64,000 bases of DNA from Phaeosaccion multiseriatum. Lineage: Eukaryota > Protista > Ochrophyta, other classes. Every line of letters begins with the position of its first letter. The stretch's first letter is position 1. Both the position numbers and the translations under genes were made by a program. The stretch lies in assembly GCA_965112735.1 (NCBI GenBank), contig OZ218958.1, positions 2,170,001-2,234,000 of the forward strand, read 5' to 3'. The notes under the pieces were generated by a model, which was not told the origin of the DNA, ran no database searches, and saw only the letters and a program-made list of their open reading frames with translations. Positions 12,558 to 24,414 of the stretch are shown in pieces.

Positions 12558-13947
12558 ATGAAGTTCTTGCAAAAAGTGAAGAAGGTGCGTGGGTAGGTCT
12601 CGGGCTGGTGGGGGCGTGTGTGTTTGCGGAAGGAATCCCCGACCGTCCCCGACCCCGTATCTTTCCTCCTCCCCCCACCAGCTTGGCAAGACCGTCCAGA
12701 AGGAGGTGGAGAAGCAGCAGGCAGCCGCCGCCAAGACTGCAACAGGGGGGGGGAAGAGTGATAACAAGAGCCGTGCGGCCTTTGAGGAGGATGCCAAGAA
12801 GGCTATTCCCGGCGACGTTCGGATGTTCTCAGGCTGCCAGGACCACCAGACCTCCGCTGATGTGGGCAACGTGGCTTCGTTCAAGCTGCCCACCGACAAT
12901 GGCGTGGGGGGCGCCGGGGGAGCATGCACGGCTGCCCTCGTTTCTACCCTCCAGGACCACAACAATGACTCCGAGAAGAGCAACGACGTGAACTGGATCA
13001 CGCTCCTCTCAGAGATGCGGAAGGTCCTGGGGAAGAAGGGCTACTCTCAGGTGCCCGAGCTCAGCACCAGCCGCGACATGGATCTGCAGAAGAATTTTTC
13101 TCTGATCAATGAGAGCGACAAGGATGGCAAGGGCACACACAAGTCGCTCTTTATTGGCATCAACTATGGCGGCCAGCAGGGGGAGCTCAAGGGCTGCCAC
13201 AATGATGTTGCCCACATGAAGTCCATGGTGGAGCGACACGGCTTTGTCATTGACGATGAGAAGAAGAGTCGCACGCTGATGGATGATGGAAAGAACACGG
13301 AGCCTACCGCCGACAACATGTTGGAGGGCTTCCAGTGGTTGGCCGAGGATGCCAAGGCGGGAGACTCTCTCTTCCTCCACTACTCCGGGCACGGAGGGAG
13401 CAAGGTCGACAAGGGAGGAGACGAGAAGGATGGCAAGGACGAGACTCTGATCCCCGTGGACTACCAAAAGTCGGGCCAGATTACGGACGATACTCTGCTG
13501 AAGCTGCTGGTGCTTCCCCTGCCCGAGGGCGTTACGCTCACCTGTGTGATGGACTGCTGCCACTCCGGTAAGCGATACATATCCTTGTTGTTTGTGTTCG
13601 TCTTTCTCCTTCGTTCCATTCTCCTCGCTCCTCTCACCTCTTTTGGTTTGGTGCCATACGTACATTCAGGAACTGTGCTGGACCTGCCGTTCATCATCAA
13701 AGCCGACGACGCCACCATGGTTCCCGTGGAGGAGGGGCAGACCACGGCACCCACCATGGCGCACAACCCGTCATTCTCCTTGGAGCACATCATGTCCATT
13801 GGCCAGGAGCTGCTCAAGATGAAGATGAGCGGCGCCTCCAACGCCCAGATGATGGCCGCCGCCAAGGCCAAGCTGGCCCCGCTCATCGCTGGGGCTGGGG
13901 GGGCAAGAGGCGTGATGAACATGGCCAAGGGCTTCTTAAAAAAGTAA
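12558..13947 (+). CDS. Type III metacaspase (p10 domain N-terminal to p20)
   Basis: Exons 12558-12584, 12682-13567 and 13670-13947. The p10 motifs MFSGCQDHQTSAD, GACT and QVPELSTS precede the p20 motifs LFIGINY, LKGCHND, HYSGHG (His) and DCCHSG (Cys). Confidence 0.92.
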
Positions 13948-14170
13948 AGGGGCTTTCGCTTTTGAGCCGCCAGTCTTTTGCCTCTGTGAGAAGTGTAGGC
14001 ATCATCACCATCATCAATGAGACTGGAGGTCAAGGAGAGAGTTTGTATTGTCGGTATTCGTTGAGCGCCTCCACTTGGGGCCATCACAGTGCACTGTGTG
14101 AACAAGGGGGCCGTCGAGAGGCGTGCAAGGGAAGGTAGCGTGTGAAATGGTAAATTTATAATTGATGTAC

Positions 14171-14312
14171 TCGACCCCTGACACACTATCGCCCACATTC
14201 TCGATAGCGCGGGCCGATAGCGGATAGCGTGCCGGCTGGCGCCGGCCGATAGCGGATAGCGCGCCGGCTGGCGCCGGCGATAGCGGATAGCGGATAGTGT
14301 GTCAGGGGTCGA
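14171..14312. mobile_element. MITE-like element A: 142 bp, 20-bp perfect TIR, 6-bp TSD ATGTAC
   Basis: TCGACCCCTGACACACTATC (14171-14190) and its exact reverse complement (14293-14312). ATGTAC lies at 14165-14170 and 14313-14318. Internal repeats are GATAGCG and GCCGGCTGGCGCCGGC. Confidence 0.9.
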
Positions 14313-14425
14313 ATGTACACGTGTTGGTGGTGTTCGAGGATAGAGAACTGAAACTTTTCGACCGGGCCGGGGCCTCTCCCCCGGCCCCCGATTGCCCCAG
14401 TCACTTCTGTGCATAGCGCGCCATT

Positions 14426-16826
14426 ATGGCCCATTCAACTTCGTGTATAGTGTGCTGCTTCCCCTTTGGTCCCGACAGGCTGGAGTGTTGCACTCCATGT
14501 AACCACGAGGGAGTATGCTCGCTCTGCTACCTAAGGCTGCGCTTGCTCATGGGCGAGTACTCATGCGTGCTCTGCAAGACGAATATGGACCAGGTGATGG
14601 CTTGCAAACCGGAGGATGTGCGCCCGTGGGCCGACTTGTCCATCTGGGGCAACGACGCTGGGCCTGAGAACGTGTGGCACGAAGAGTCCCGCATGTTCAT
14701 GCCCAAGGCGTACAAGACGTGGTTCGTTAATGAGGTGCAGGGCGCGGGCTGTGGGGTGAAGGACTGCAACGCGAAGCCAAGGAACATCCAGCAGCTGACA
14801 AAACACCTCCGCGATGTGCATCAGAGGTCAGTTACGGCTTTGTGGTCTCGGCAGCGCCTGCGGGATGGCTCTGTCTAGACCAGAAACCAACAACCAACCT
14901 GTATTCTTCTCACAAAACAGAACACTGTGCGGCGTGTGCGTCAAGTTCAAGAAGGTGTTTCTATCGGAGCAGGAGCGCTTCACCAGGCGAGGCTTGGAGG
15001 TGCATATTACGAAAGGGAACCCCAAGGTTGGATTCTACGGCCATCCTCAGTGCGAGTTTTGCAAGACTCGATTTTACGACAAGCAGGGCCTCTTCGAGCA
15101 CCTGACGAAGGATCATTACTCTTGTCACCTTTGTGAGCAGAACGGACATCACCACAAGTAAGTGTTACCCAATCAATTTGACTGCCTCTCTCTCTCTCTC
15201 TCTCTCTCTTCTCACACTCACACACCCACTACCAGGTACTACCGCGACTACAGTGACTTGGAGAGGCACTTTCGGGCCGACCACTGGCTCTGTGAAGACG
15301 CAGACTGTCTTGCGAAGAAGTTTGTGGTGTTCAAGAACGAGATTGACCTTAAGGTGCACCAGATGGAGCACCATCCGCACATGGCTTCGGCTCTGAATCG
15401 TACGGTCCAGGTGAATTTCAGAGTCAGACGCTCCGGCGAGCAAGATGAGAGCGCGGAGCAAGAAGCGGAAGATGCCCGGCAGCAGCAGGAAGAAAACAAC
15501 GAGTGGACTGTCTCCCCGCCGCGCAGCCCCACGGCTGGTGCTGCTGCTGCTGTTGCTGATGGTGATGGTGGAGATGGAGAGGGCACGGGCGTTGATGACT
15601 TTCCATCGCTGGCAACGGGTGCAGCTAGGCAAATCGCGCAATGGGCAAGAGCCGCACAGCAGCCTGACCTCAAGTCGAAGGAGGAAGATTTCCCTGAGTT
15701 ACCGACAGCATCGGCAAAGAGTTTAGAAAAGGCGATGGCCGCCCCTCCCTCCTATCGAGCCGCTGTCAAGCCCCTTCCTTCGAGGGCAATGCTATTGGCG
15801 GGAAATGACGAGGACAGATGGTCCTACACTGTACCCCCAGAGGCGACCCTGGCTGGTCGGATGGGCAACATGAAGATCAAGGTGAAGAAAAAGAAGGAGA
15901 AGAAGAAGAAGAAGGATGAAGTAGTGGCGAAGGAGGAGGTCCAGCAGGTCCAGCAGGTCCAGCAGGTCCAGGATGTACAGGAGAAGGAGGCGACGGCGGA
16001 GCAGAAGACAGGCGTGATTGAAGCCATACAGGAGGCTATTGGGCAAGACCAGTTCCAAGTCCTAAAGGAGATTAGTGGGCGGTACAGGCAAGAGGAGGAC
16101 ATGAGCGCTGAGGAGTACTTTGCGCAAGCCAAGGCCATCCTCCCTGCGCACAACTTTGTAGAGCTCTTTGTAGGCCTCGTCAACATGCTGCCGGAGGAGG
16201 GGAAACGACAACAGCTCAAGGAGTTGTTGCAAGGGGAAGTGGTGGCGACGGGTGGCAGAAGTGATGTGGCAAGGGTAGCCCCTCCTACTGCTCCAGCTGC
16301 TCCAGCTGCTCCTTTTGTGGCGGTTACCGCAAAGAAGAAGAATAAGAAGAGGCCTGCCGCTGGGCCATCCACAGGCATTGGCTCCGCTGCTGCTATGATG
16401 AGCAGTGTGTCTCGCAGAGGGCCCATCGTCGGGTCCAAGAGGACAGGCCTCTCCATCGTCAAGGCAGCTCCCGGGGGGCAGAGAGATGGGAAGGTCGCCC
16501 CTGGGGGGCAGGGAGACGGGAGGCAGGACCTCGCGCCCCCACCAGGAATGATGCTTCGTCGGAAAGAAAATGGCGGGCTTGGGGGAGCCGGAGGAGGAGC
16601 ATTATCATCACCATCACCACCACCACCAGCACCGCCACCACCGACCGCCCACCAGCAGTTGCCAAATGGGGCGGCTGACTTTCCGGCTCTGCCCCAAGCC
16701 CCGCCCGGGTTCGCAGCAAAGACTGGTGGAGGAGGGCAAGCAGTAGCAGCACAGGCCAAAACGAACAAGAAGAAGAAGAATTCCAAGCAGAGCGCAAGAG
16801 ACCTGGGAGGCCTCTTGTTTTCATAG
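14426..16826 (+). CDS. ZNF598: ZNF598/Hel2-like ribosome quality-control E3 ubiquitin ligase
   Basis: Exons 14426-14826, 14921-15157 and 15236-16826. RING CIVC...CNH..VCSLC...CVLCK; zinc fingers GHPQCEFC, HYSCHLC and HWLCEDADC..KKFVVF; repeated DFPxL motifs. Confidence 0.9.
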
Positions 16827-16836
16827 TAACGAAGGT

Positions 16837-18327
16837 TTAAGTGGAACTCTGAGCTTGTTTGGCCCCGCCGCGAGCCCTCCCCCCTGGCTTCCCCCGCCCC
16901 CTCCCTCCGCTACTGCCTCTCTTTCCTCCGCTCCTCTTCTCCGCCGCAGCCTCGTCGCGCGATGCGGTGGCGGTGCTGCTGCTGCTGCTGCTGCTGGCTT
17001 TGGGAGCTTGCTCTTCTTGGCTTTTGGACGAGTTGCCGTGATTAATGAGCAGCAGTCGCCGGTGCGGACTGTGAAGCTTGAGGTGCGTGGTGACTTGCTT
17101 GATGGGCTGGGCAGCCATAATCTTTTCGATGGACTCCACGGCCAGCCCCAGGCAATTCACGGGCCCTCGCAGGGTGAGGACGGCAAAGTTGGCCCGGTCA
17201 ATCTGCTGCACGGTTTCCGCGGGTGCCTCCGACGTGGCCACGAGCGTTTGCGGCGCATTGCCCTCCCCACGCCTGCCCCGCTCGAAGGCCTGCCAATACA
17301 CCGTGCAACCCGTGTACTTCTGCACCTCCTTGAGCATCCCGAAGCGCTTCTTGAGCCCCAAAAGCATCTTTAGCTTCATCTTGGAGGTCCCCGTGACGTC
17401 AATCTCCTTCTCGCCTTGCTCCGCGGAGGGCAGGGGCCCCGGCAGAGGCATGGTGACGCTGCAGCCGTTCTGCATCTGAGGGGCAGGGAAAGTGGCAATC
17501 GTTTCGCCCCCTTTTTGCTCCATCACAGCCGTTGCTGTCGACGTTCTGTTTTCTGGCCTCGTTTCTTTTGCAGGCTTCTTGCTGATACTGCTGCTGCTGT
17601 TACTGCTACTGTTGGCGGTGGTAGTGGTGGTGTTGGCGCTCGGGTTCACTTTTGGGGAGGATGCATTTGTGGGCAGCACACCTTCCCCTCCGGCGTCCGG
17701 CACAGGAAATGCCTTGATGAAAAATACAGCCTCCAAGATCAGCGCGAGAGCGGAGAAAACAGCGTCCGCCTCGCCCTCCAACTGAACGTTGCCTCCACCG
17801 CGAGCTTTGCCATCCTTCGTCTGCTGCGGGACGTTGATCCGCACCCCGGTACAGGCGCTGGTAGCCTTCACCGTTGCCCCCCCCTGCCCTATGATCAGGT
17901 GCTGCCGCTTGGGGTGGATGGGAAACTCTGCCACCACGTCGTCCACCTCTGCAAGTTGTTTTTCAAAAGAGAGGGTAAGCAAGCACACTAGGGTGAACCC
18001 CCCCCCCCTTCTTGTGCACTTACCGTCGACAAGTTGGGCGATTTGTTGGTAGGCACGGTACGTGTTGAAGGGGTCGCCTGACACCACAATCTCCGACCAA
18101 GCCTGCTCCCCATCATCCCCCGGGGTGCCACCGCTTGATGCCACACTGCGGGTAATCTGTGTAGCAGTCTCCCGCTCCACCTTCCCCTTGCGCTGCACGA
18201 CCAGCGCCACATGCTCCGTGGGCACCAGGAGCGACAGCGAGAACAGATTCTTCAGGTTGGGATGGTTTAGCTGCTGGCCAATGACACATCGCCGCCGCCG
18301 CTGCGGCTGGGGACTCGGTGCCACCAT
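16837..18327 (-). CDS. KH-domain RNA-binding protein
   Basis: One KH domain has an intact GxxG loop (LIIGQGGATVK...TGVRINVP) and two KH-like segments are degenerate. There is an in-frame intron near 17949-18023. The ATG is at 18327. Confidence 0.75.
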   Translation of the reverse strand: MVAPSPQPQRRRRCVIGQQLNHPNLKNLFSLSLLVPTEHVALVVQRKGKVERETATQITRSVASSGGTPGDDGEQAWSEIVVSGDPFNTYRAYQQIAQLVDGKCTRRGGGFTLVCLLTLSFEKQLAEVDDVVAEFPIHPKRQHLIIGQGGATVKATSACTGVRINVPQQTKDGKARGGGNVQLEGEADAVFSALALILEAVFFIKAFPVPDAGGEGVLPTNASSPKVNPSANTTTTTANSSSNSSSSISKKPAKETRPENRTSTATAVMEQKGGETIATFPAPQMQNGCSVTMPLPGPLPSAEQGEKEIDVTGTSKMKLKMLLGLKKRFGMLKEVQKYTGCTVYWQAFERGRRGEGNAPQTLVATSEAPAETVQQIDRANFAVLTLRGPVNCLGLAVESIEKIMAAQPIKQVTTHLKLHSPHRRLLLINHGNSSKSQEEQAPKASSSSSSSTATASRDEAAAEKRSGGKRGSSGGRGRGKPGGRARGGAKQAQSST

Positions 18328-18422
18328 TTCAGCGTTGATGGAGCTGAAGCTTGGGGGGAAAAAGGAAAAAGATGGCACCTCAAGTATCGCCCTCATTTTC
18401 AATTTCAAACAACCACATCATC

Positions 18423-19137
18423 ATGGCAAGCTCAGTAGGCTCCATGACGGTCGAGGATTTCCTCAACGCCCAGTGTGAGAGACTGATGGCCCGCATCGAC
18501 GAACATGCGCTGGGTCTGCAGCGGAAACTTCGCGCTGAGATGGAGCAGGGCCAGAGGGAGATTGAGGCAATGCTGGCTGCGAAGGACGGGGGCGGCGGGC
18601 CATCAGCGCCAGCAGAAGGGACGAAACTGCTCAATGTCATACTGCAAGGCACCGAGGGTCCATACCGAGGATTGGCTATGGAGTTGCAGACCAGCAAACG
18701 AGACGTCCTCATCGGACGGAGTGCAGCGAGAAAATTCACTGAGACACAGTGCAGCGTGGGGAAGGACAGGGAAGCCTCGACCACACACGGCAAGTTCGAG
18801 GCCAGAAGAGGCAAGTGCTTCTACACGGACATGGGGAGCACAAACGGAAGCGTCATCGATGGGTGAGTGACGAACTGACCCCACACTGCGTCAAGTGCTT
18901 TCCTCCACCAACATTTTCCTTTCTTCCTATCCCACACTGCGTCACGCTGATTCTTGGGTCTAATGGCACACCACCCTTTCTGTATCGCACAGCAAAGAGC
19001 TGGACAAACACACAACGAGCGAGCTCAAGAGCGGCAGCGTGCTCAGGATCGGCTCAAGCCAATGGACAGTCCAGCTGGTGGAACCTACTCCTTCCGTACA
19101 AGGCGCTGCTGCTGCTGCTGGGTGGAACGTATATTGA
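18423..19137 (+). CDS. Small FHA-domain protein with N-terminal coiled coil
   Basis: FHA motifs IGRS, S..HG and DMGSTNGS. Exon 2 (18993-19137) supplies ELKSGSVLRIG. Confidence 0.85.
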
Positions 19138-19280
19138 GGAACACCAGTTGCGATGCCTCCACTAAGAGCAAGCTTCTTCGTTCCTCTTTTTGAAAATCCT
19201 CACACACCGCCGCTTTCTTCTTCTCTATCTAATGTCTATGAATTATTTGTTAACGACCAAGTCCCTCAAGATGCAACTCT

Positions 19281-20509
19281 TCAGAGCTCGCCGCAGTCGC
19301 GGATCACAATGGTCTTAGAAGTCCTCCCGCTGTTGCTTCCGTACTTCTCAATTTCGTCGATGACGTCCATGCCCTCCACCACGGAGCCAAACACGACCTG
19401 TGGCGCAGAGGGGGCATGGGGACACGCGGCGAATAGAATGTGGGCATTGTGCACTCCCCTTTGGTTTTCGGTCGGAACTGCCGGCGCAGACTTACATGCT
19501 TTCCGTCAAGCCAAGGCGTGACCGCGGTGAGGATGAAGAACTGAGATCCGTTCGTGTTGGGACCTGCGTTATCGTAGAGCGTAGAAAGGATATGCACTGA
19601 GTACTCGACCACCCCCCCACACACACACCACGAGGGTGCAAACAAATGGACAAGCCTTCTCCGTACTCACCGGCATTGGCCATGGACAGCTGGCCCCTGG
19701 CAGTGTGCTTGAGCTGGAAGTTCTCGTCGGGGAAGGTACGGCCGTAAATGGACTCTCCGCCCGTGCCGTCTCCGCGTGTAAAGTCGCCACCTAAATGCGT
19801 TACAATCCCACACTTGGTTAGAGAACAAAGGCCTCTATCCAAAAAAGGAAATCCCTTCGCATCTTACCTTGGCACATGAACTCTGGAATGACCCGGTGGA
19901 AGCTGTGCGAGATCAGAGGCAGAAGCAGCAGGTCACAGATTCCTTGAGATGCAAGGCCTATCATTTCTACACTGATGTCCCTCGACGCACCTCGACCCCT
20001 TGTAGCCCTTGCCCGCCTCCCCCGTGCACAGCTGGCGGAAGTTCTCACAGGTCTATGCGGATTGAGAGACATGTGTGCATTAGCCACCAAAGCAGGCTCT
20101 CAACAGGAGACGCGCCCCCCAAACATACCTTAGGGACGACATCAGCATTCAGCTCAAACACAACGCGCCCAGCATCAGAGCCTCCGACGTCGATATCGAA
20201 GTAAACCTGTTTATCACACGGATTCCCGTCAGAAACACTGCCGCGCCTCCTTTCGCCGCGGAACTCGGCCTACCTTAGGGTTGGCTGCCATCTGCATCCC
20301 CGAAGATCCAGACTTGGAGGAGGATCCTCTGCTTGTAGCGGGAGACGCGGTGCGCATGAGACATCCCCGACTGAGAAAAATCTTGCATGTGACCGCCCCA
20401 ACACCTACCTTCCAAACGCTAAGGCGCGGCCAAAGGCATTCGGCGCCACGAAGCCGTGCACGGAGGACACGGTGGCATACACAACTGACAGGAATGAAAT
20501 GCACCTCAT
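19281..20509 (-). CDS. Cyclophilin-type PPIase, probably plastid-targeted (8 exons)
   Basis: The spliced protein contains [52 protein letters not shown] and WLDGKHVVFG. The N-terminus [19 protein letters not shown]|FVAP is a signal peptide + Phe motif. Confidence 0.93.
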
Positions 20510-20644
20510 CTTCTTTGGTACAGGGTGGGGTGTAGACGCAAAAGCAAAGGGCGAGGGAAATGTGGGGAGGTGGGAGCAGGGATTTGGCGACGACCGGGTA
20601 TTCGTGCACACACTTCCAGTTTCAGATTATAAAAAACGTAGTAC

Positions 20645-20699
20645 GCCGGCTGACGCTGGCTGGGGGCGCCGGCGATAGCAGATAGCACGTCAGGGGTCA
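20645..20699 (+). mobile_element. Decayed right end of a MITE-A family element
   Basis: GGCGCCGGCGATAGCAGATAGCACGTCAGGGGTC aligns with the right end of element A (GGCGCCGGCGATAGCGGATAG..GTCAGGGGTC). Confidence 0.7.
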
Positions 20700-21225
20700 C
20701 ATGCAAACGTACAAACCCACACAATCACACTTTGCACACACATCGACACACACACGCACACAATAACACTTTCACTTTCTTGATCTCTCTCTCTCAACCA
20801 TTTTGAACTACCGCTCCCGGGGTCGACCCCCCTTTCCTTCTCCCCGGGGTACAGACTACTAGACACAGCGGCAAACGGAGGGCAGGGTTATAGCTGGCAT
20901 ATGGGCAGAGATTGGGAGGGCCGGCGCTCTATGTAGTTCACACTCCCCCCCTTCACTCCCTCCCTCCCTCGCTCACTTACTGGCTCTCACTCACTTGTTC
21001 ACACTCACTCACACACTCACTTCAGCCAAGATACCTATTTGCGTCCACGGGAAAGTCGAGAAATGATCAAGTTCGGAGGGGGTGGAACGAAGACCCATCA
21101 ATCAGCGTTTCCGAAAGTCTCGCATTCCGCTTAGACGAAGGTGCATTCTCACGCACTTCTCATCTCTTCGGCCGCGGGTCGCCACCCCCTCTGCTGCGTG
21201 TTCAACAGGGCAGCAGACCTGGGGC

Positions 21226-22183
21226 TTACGAGCTCGATGTCTTTGCTTCTTCCGAGTCGTCTTGTCTACTTGTTGGGCTTCTTTTCCGCTTGCCTGCTTG
21301 TGTTCCATCTACCCTAAGGCCGTCCATGCTGCTGTCTGCCTTTGCGTGGGGGGCCTCTTGTGTGCTTTCTGCCCCCGCCACACCACCCCCGCCGTCTCCC
21401 CCCTCGTGGTGCGGCCGAGGTTCCTTGGAAAGAGACTCGAGCTCCCTAGTCACGTTGGCTCTGGCGTTGGCCTCGTAAAGGTCCCTCATCTCTTGCGTAG
21501 CGTAGATGTACTCTTTCGCCAGGAAGGATGCGAGCACCGCCGCCCTGCCCTTGTCCCACTCCTCGTTCGACAAGTGCCCATACTCCTGCCGGACGGTGCG
21601 TGTGTACGCATCGTATGCCTCGTTCTCCTCTCCCAGAATGGCCATATCCGCGTCAAGGAAAAGCAGTAGGTCCCCCCGCTCCTCGCCCCCTTCCCCTTCC
21701 GGTTGCGGCTCTACTGCATGGCTCTTCGTAGCGATTATGTAGTTGAAGACCAAGTCCGCGTCCTGCTGGCCCTGCCCTGCGTCCTCGGCAAATTCTCGAG
21801 ACAACTGCGCACTGTCCTCCTCGTTTGTCTTGCTCCTCGCATCGTAAATGGCACTACACGAGTGTATTTCCCGGCACACAAGAAACAGCGAGAGTCAGCG
21901 CTACGCAAAGAGGGCAAGGCGATGAGCCTTAACCTCATGTCACTCACTCGTGAAAGAAGACGGCGAGCTTCACTATCTCTGGTCTGCTCAGCAGCTCGTT
22001 AACCTCGTCCAGGGTCGAGAACATGTGCTCCAAATGGGTAAGCGAGTGGTAGTGCCTGGTACTTGTGCTGTACATCTTGCTCAGCCGCTCCCACCATTCC
22101 GTCTGCTCCTGCTTGGAGACCTCGAGGTGCTCACATAGCGTCTCCCATTCCCTTTGGCAACGCGTCTTCTCACTGATTGACAT
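21226..22183 (-). CDS. Metal-dependent HD phosphohydrolase (COG4339-like)
   Basis: RHYHSLTHL, FFHD (joined across an intron), AIYD...NEEDSA, IIATKSH, FLDADMAILG and VRQEY. The 3' end is uncertain. Confidence 0.85.
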
Positions 22184-22513
22184 CTTTTGGAAAGACAGAT
22201 AGAGGGAAGAGTGGCGGCGTCAGACACTGGACTGCAGCTTCGATCCGGATCGCCTTACCCCCCCCCCCCCCTGTATAAGCCTCCTCGAGTGGGGGGGTCG
22301 GGTCCGGGCTCAGGTGCTACTTGAGCCGTCAGCAAGTTGAGTTTGGGTTCGGCTTCGTCGGCAACTTCCTAAATAATTTCCTTCTCAATTTCAAAATATT
22401 GCAGTTTCAGTGTCAGTGCGCTTTCCTATTTTGATCGGGTCTTGCTTCTCGGGAATCGCTAATTTTTTTTTTTTCATCGCAGCGAAGCGCTCTCTCTGGT
22501 GCACTGTACGGGG

Positions 22514-23982
22514 ATGCCGCCCACGGAGCAGCAGCACCCGGTCGCCAAGGACCAGAAGGGCTGCTGGCTCTTGCGCCCTTGCGCCGCGTCTACTGCTGCT
22601 GCCGCTGACACCGGTGGGCCCACCGGCTTAAACGGATTTTTCGCAGCCGTGCAGGGAAGTGCTGCTGCTACTCCGCATTTGGCGATGGTCCCCGGTGCTG
22701 CTGCGGGGGGTGGGGACTGCGCCAAGCTCTATGCTCAGCGCCAGGGGGGTGGCACGGACGGGGCGGCGCTTGCTGCAAACAGTGGGGAGAACACGTGCCA
22801 CAGAAGAAAGATACTGGAAAATACCCGAGAGAGAAGAGCGAATGTGAAGCGGCTTCGGATCATGGTATCAAAGCGTGAGACGTACGCCATAGATGGCCGA
22901 CGTTTGGCAGCTGTGCTTGCCTCGGCGCCTGCAGGCAAGTCTTTTCTTGGAGGGGAGGAAATCTTTGTTCAACCTCACCTCACCCCACCTCACCCCCCAC
23001 CCCCCCCCCCTATTCCTTTCTGTATGAAGTCAAATTTCTGCGTTGCGCTTTTGTCCCTCTTTGGCGCTGAAGCTAACCTCTTTTCCTTTCTTCCCTGAAC
23101 AGAGGACATTCGGCGCTTGGTGGTCGAGTGGTTCATCCTTACTTCCCAAGATCATTCCTACTCACGCGAGGCGGTGGCCGTGGCATCCAACCTCTTCGAC
23201 CGGTTCCTGGTGCAAGAGTTTGGCGATGGAAGGGGACTGGACTATACTTCTGATGCTGCATTCTGGCGCACCATGCAGAGGGTCGCCGTGGTGTCGCTCG
23301 CCCTGGCCATCAAGATGGAAGAGCGTTGGCGTCAAGACGCGTCCGTGCTGTGCACCAGCTTCCGTAACCGTCTGCCTCCGTGTGACATGGATGTGCACGA
23401 AGCCACGCTGCTCGAGAAGGATATTCTGACGGCGCTGGACTGGCGCTTGGCCCCGCCGACTGCCTACGAGTTCGTCAATCACCTGATGGGGCTGTGCAGG
23501 CTCAGATTGGAGGATGGACGCTCAGTGTCCGTACACAAGTATTCTGGAAGGGGGGTAGGAGTAGAGGAGGAGATAGAGTTGGATCTTGCTGTCATATCTA
23601 CGCATGCCTGGGATTGTATTGACTTGTCGTTCTACGAAGCCCACCTGGTGTGCATGGGAGCTCCCCTTGTTGGGTTCGGCAGCATTCTCGTGGGCATTAG
23701 CGTCGCCAAGCGCGAAACCCAAGAGGGACAAGACGGACGGCAGAAACGGAAGCGGTACGTCTGCCGAACCCCCTTTGCTTTGTTGGTGTAGTAGTATCTG
23801 CGTGTGTTGCTAGCCGTCTAACACAGTGTTTATTATTCTGCAGGTACGAGTCGTGCGAAAGGGAGGTGCTCGACATGGCCGCCAAGTGCAAGCTGTCGCA
23901 GCGCGACCTCCACGAATCCGCTGAAGCCCTGCACGCGCTGCTCATGCCCTCTGCTCACCAATTTGAGGAGAGGCAATGTGAG

Positions 23983-24029
<47 letters not shown>

Positions 24030-24414
24030 TTCCCTGCCGCCCGTGCCACTGCATTCGCAGCTCGTCGGGGGCAAAGGGGAGGAGAGGGAGCTTCAGAGTC
24101 CCACCAGCGCAGCCGACATTGCCCGAGTGGAGAAGGAAGCAGCAACTGGGCCGCTCAGGACCTTTGCGGCTGTTCAACCGCAAGGCGCCTTGCCGAAGTT
24201 CGGCGAGACCGCTTCTCCTGGAGCTCTTTCAGGTCTGTTCCGGCCACTGGCCGCAAAAGCCACTGTTGGGCAAAGGCAGCCGACTGCAAAGGCCGCTGGT
24301 GCGGCAGAGCTTGCTGCCGGTGCTCCTTGGGGGTTCGGTGGAGAGGGCAGCTGCTTTGCGGCGAAGCGGGGGCTGGACGATACGGCACAGCCATGTAAGC
24401 GAGTGAGGCGGTGA
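22514..24414 (+). CDS. Cyclin (divergent, algal-type cyclin box)
   Basis: RRLVVEW...SREAVAVASNLFDRFL...SLALAIKMEE...EKDILTALDWRLAPPTAYEF. Intron 1 is GC-AG (22935-23102) and intron 2 is at about 23755-23843. Confidence 0.85.
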
